The notes under the pieces: model-generated | Databases searched by the model: none | What the model saw: the letters and a program-made list of their open reading frames with translations, nothing else | What the model was told of the DNA's origin: nothing | Shown here: piece after piece, positions 22,350-25,382 of the stretch | How positions within the stretch are numbered: the stretch's first letter is position 1 | Layout: every line of letters begins with the position of its first letter | Source: Ginkgo biloba | Taxonomy: Eukaryota; Plantae; Ginkgophyta | Direction of reading: 5' to 3' | Assembly (NCBI GenBank): GCA_024626585.2 | Contig: JANKJI020000002.1 | Coordinates: 89,053,145-89,078,526, forward strand | DNA: 25,382 nucleotides | Made by a program: the position numbers and the translations under genes

Positions 22350-22930
22350 ATGGATCCATAAGGAGAAGTGTTGTCAGGATGATGTGGGTGGTGATGATCA
22401 TTAAGAGACTAAATTAATGCTACAACATAGAATTAAAATCAAAGGGTAACATGTTTGAGCAATATTAGAGGAGAAGGACTTTTAAAGTAATATAATGATC
22501 CCCAATCATACCATATTATATATAAAATAAGAAATATACCATAATCTTAATCTAATCCTTATGGATCGAGTCAATGGCAATGGTGCCATTTTTTTTAATA
22601 ATATTTATTGTCCCACACTAATTTATGGCCTTTGTGCAATTGATCACACCCCTCCAATGAAGATCATCAAAGTGGTCAATACTCCCATGGTGGCTCAATG
22701 TCATGACATCACGTTTTGATCCTTGGAGATAAAATAATGCTCCTATAGGCTCTAATGAATGATCATAAATATAAGGATCTTTTTATAAAATCATTGGAAT
22801 GAGGTGGCAATGAGTTTTTATAAATCATAATTGTAGATGATATCGCTAATATTTAGACACAAGGAAGACCACTCATATACAAATGAAGAAGTTTGCTCAT
22901 GGAAAGTAATGAAATGATCTATTTTACATA
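22350..22930 (-). pseudogene. Probable second, more decayed PMD relic
   Basis: Minus strand KIDHFITFHEQTSSFVYEWSSLCLNISDIIYNYDL (about 22926-22822), then YDWGS (22510-22496) about 130 codons later, then VALI*SLNDH (about 22425-22395). Motif order is the same and spacing similar to the first PMD. Confidence 0.4.
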
Positions 22931-25382
22931 ATAAATAAATTATCCAATTTAGTAACTCTAAGAAATTATATTTTTTCAAGTCTTCTTATTATTTTGTAGA
23001 TGGTAAAAAATATAATGATTTCCTAATCGTTATATAACTTTATAGAAACTAGAAACGCTTTATGTGCAAACTTTTGGATATTTTCTATAATGTACAAACA
23101 TACAGTGATTTAGCACAAAATCATGTTGATTTCTCAATGTCATGTAATTAATTAAGGGTTCTATACAACATTGTAATAATTTATCAATTAAATGAAATAG
23201 GGAACATAATGCCTAAAGGTGCAATATTTGAGAAGTTAATCAATAGTTTGAAATGAAATTCAGGTTATGATCATACTTGGAGGTCATGTGGTTAAATGTT
23301 GATAGAACCAAAAGGAAGGAGGGGATACTCTCACATTTTCCAACCCAATCTTGTTGTGTTAAGTGATCAAATGATTTCCAAATTGTCTAAGATGGCCTAT
23401 TTACACCAAGTCATGTAACTTTCCATAAAGCAGAGGACACTTTTAGAGGCACTATTTTCGTATATGGTGTCCATTTTTTACTTCTTATAGTCAAAGTGAT
23501 TGTATCATCATGAATACATCCTCAAGTTATTTTCAAAAGTTGGCGTCATTTGTTATATGTATAATTTTAGTAATAATCACAACTACTTATCCCTCTTTCA
23601 TGCAAGGGTCATTGATAATAAGAACATATTTTTGGAGTTATCTCTCTATTATCTTCTATTCTCTTCTTCTTTATNNNNNNNNNNNNNNNNNNNNNNNCTA
23701 ATATATTTTAGATTATGGGTTCATGATAATTTATCTCATTAATCCCTTCTTACATTCATTTTATATTTATTTTCCCATGATATTATATTATTTTATCTCA
23801 TTGAGCCTTAACCTTTATATTTCTTAATATTGGGACTTATTTAATGCCATGATATTTGTTACTATTAATATTATTAACCATGTAGATCTAGCCAATATCT
23901 TCTCAAAATAGTGTTATACCCTTAAATAAGTGTGAGTGTTAATATGAAGGCAATTTTTCTTTCTTTAGTGAATATTTGTTTTTCTTATGAGCCTCAATAC
24001 TTAAGGAGAATTTTGTTATTAACAAAAAAGTCACCTATTTTATTTTTTTGGGGGAATCTTAGATGTATTTAGATTACAATTTTGATCATATCGAGAAAAT
24101 ATAAATGATTTTCTAAATATCTATGGATTTCTGTAAAACATCCTATTAGAATAAGTGAATGTGTCCCTTAGCCTAAGGGGCTATAGTTTGGCATGCATGC
24201 AACATCCACAATGAATTGCCATTAAGTTGGTTTGCAAATATTCATACCAAGCATCAATATAAATAGGTTTCTCATAACCCTCTCAAATAATAATAAGTCC
24301 ATCATTAAAAAAATAAAAGGAATTACCTAAGTGAGTCTAAATGGNNNNNNNNNNNNNNNNNNNNNNNNNNNNNNNNNNNNNNGCTAGAATCTCATCTCCT
24401 TCCTAAGGAGACATAGTATATATTCAAAGAATGTAAATATATCATCTTATTTTGTGGTTGTTCAATGGTTTTATATGATTTGTATCCTTAACTAAAGAGA
24501 TTTAATAGAGAGAACAAGGGTATATTTCAATTTATGAAGGATTCATGCTAGTCTATAACGAGTTTTTATTGGTAAATATGTATTTATTGCATTTTTTANN
24601 NNNNNNNNNNNNNNNNNNNNNNNNNNNNNNNNNNNNNNNNNNNNNNNNNNNNNNNNNNNNNNNNNNNNNNNNNNNNNNNNNNNNGATATTTTTGTCTATT
24701 ATTCATATAGGTGGTATATCAATTTAGAGGGATAAAGAAGCTTGGGAAAAAATGAAGAGGTAGGTGCTCAATTATGTTCATACCTAAGTAAGTTATACCC
24801 TTAGGTAAGTAGTAACTTGATTTTCCATCATTATTACTTAATGTTTTGGAGTATCTATTTCTTTGGTATATTGGTCATCTTGAACATCAAGTTAGGCTAT
24901 CTATAACATTATTAACCCCAAACCATCAAAGTGAACCAAAATTGAACTATACCCCTACATCTAAAAAGGTCCATGTAAAAATTCTAATTTATAATCCATC
25001 ATCTCACTTTAATGTAAAAGCTCAAAATTCCCTTCCTATTTCTCTATTTCTACCTTTGAGCTTACATCAAGAGGATTTTGGTTCCTTTATTTATTGTGTT
25101 AAAAGCATTAAATGAATTTATTTTTATAACCAAATATTTAATTATATAGGAAAATTATCTAAGAGTAAAGATGAATGTTCTATTTACTATAATTCGGTAT
25201 CTAGTGGTGGAGAATCATACCAAGTCAATTAGAAAACCTAAGAAAATATTTCAAATTAATTAGATATAAACTCTTTACAATTATGCATGATGTCCCCAAC
25301 TACAATACCAGAGGGTGTGTTCCCTTGTTATATCTATTATACATGGCATTCATCATAATGAATTCCAATATATCTTATGAGC

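Noticed and set aside
19115-25382. Short 60-90 aa track ORFs in the AT-rich distal region
   Set aside because: Composition is rich in Ile, Leu, Phe, Lys and Tyr, typical of random AT-rich frames. No motifs or splice support.

Overview
This is AT-rich, CpG-depleted eukaryotic DNA, most consistent with repeat-rich sequence from a large plant genome (gymnosperm-like, inferred from the element types). It is a fragmented assembly. Eight gaps of exactly 100 N split it into nine pieces whose adjacency is unproven, and there are many other gaps. No intact protein-coding gene, RNA gene or CRISPR array is supported. Recognisable content: (1) the 5' end of a Ty3/gypsy element on the minus strand (gag relic 1-824, degenerate tRNA-iMet PBS, LTR from 870); (2) a Ty3/gypsy RT fragment at 2970-3240 that breaks off into an unexplained CpG-rich, Gly-rich reading frame; (3) a decayed Athila/Tat-like RT-RNase H at about 7450-8770; (4) a stretch with plant splice signals but no ORF at 11310-14791; (5) LTR-like fragments, one with a 12-copy array of a palindromic motif spaced about 21 bp apart; (6) one clear and one probable Plant Mobile Domain (PMD/MAIN-like) pseudogene, both missed by the ORF track. 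I found no convincing new functional system. The best leads are the PMD relics, the palindromic array and the CpG-rich frame. All translations and alignments were done by eye, with no database search.
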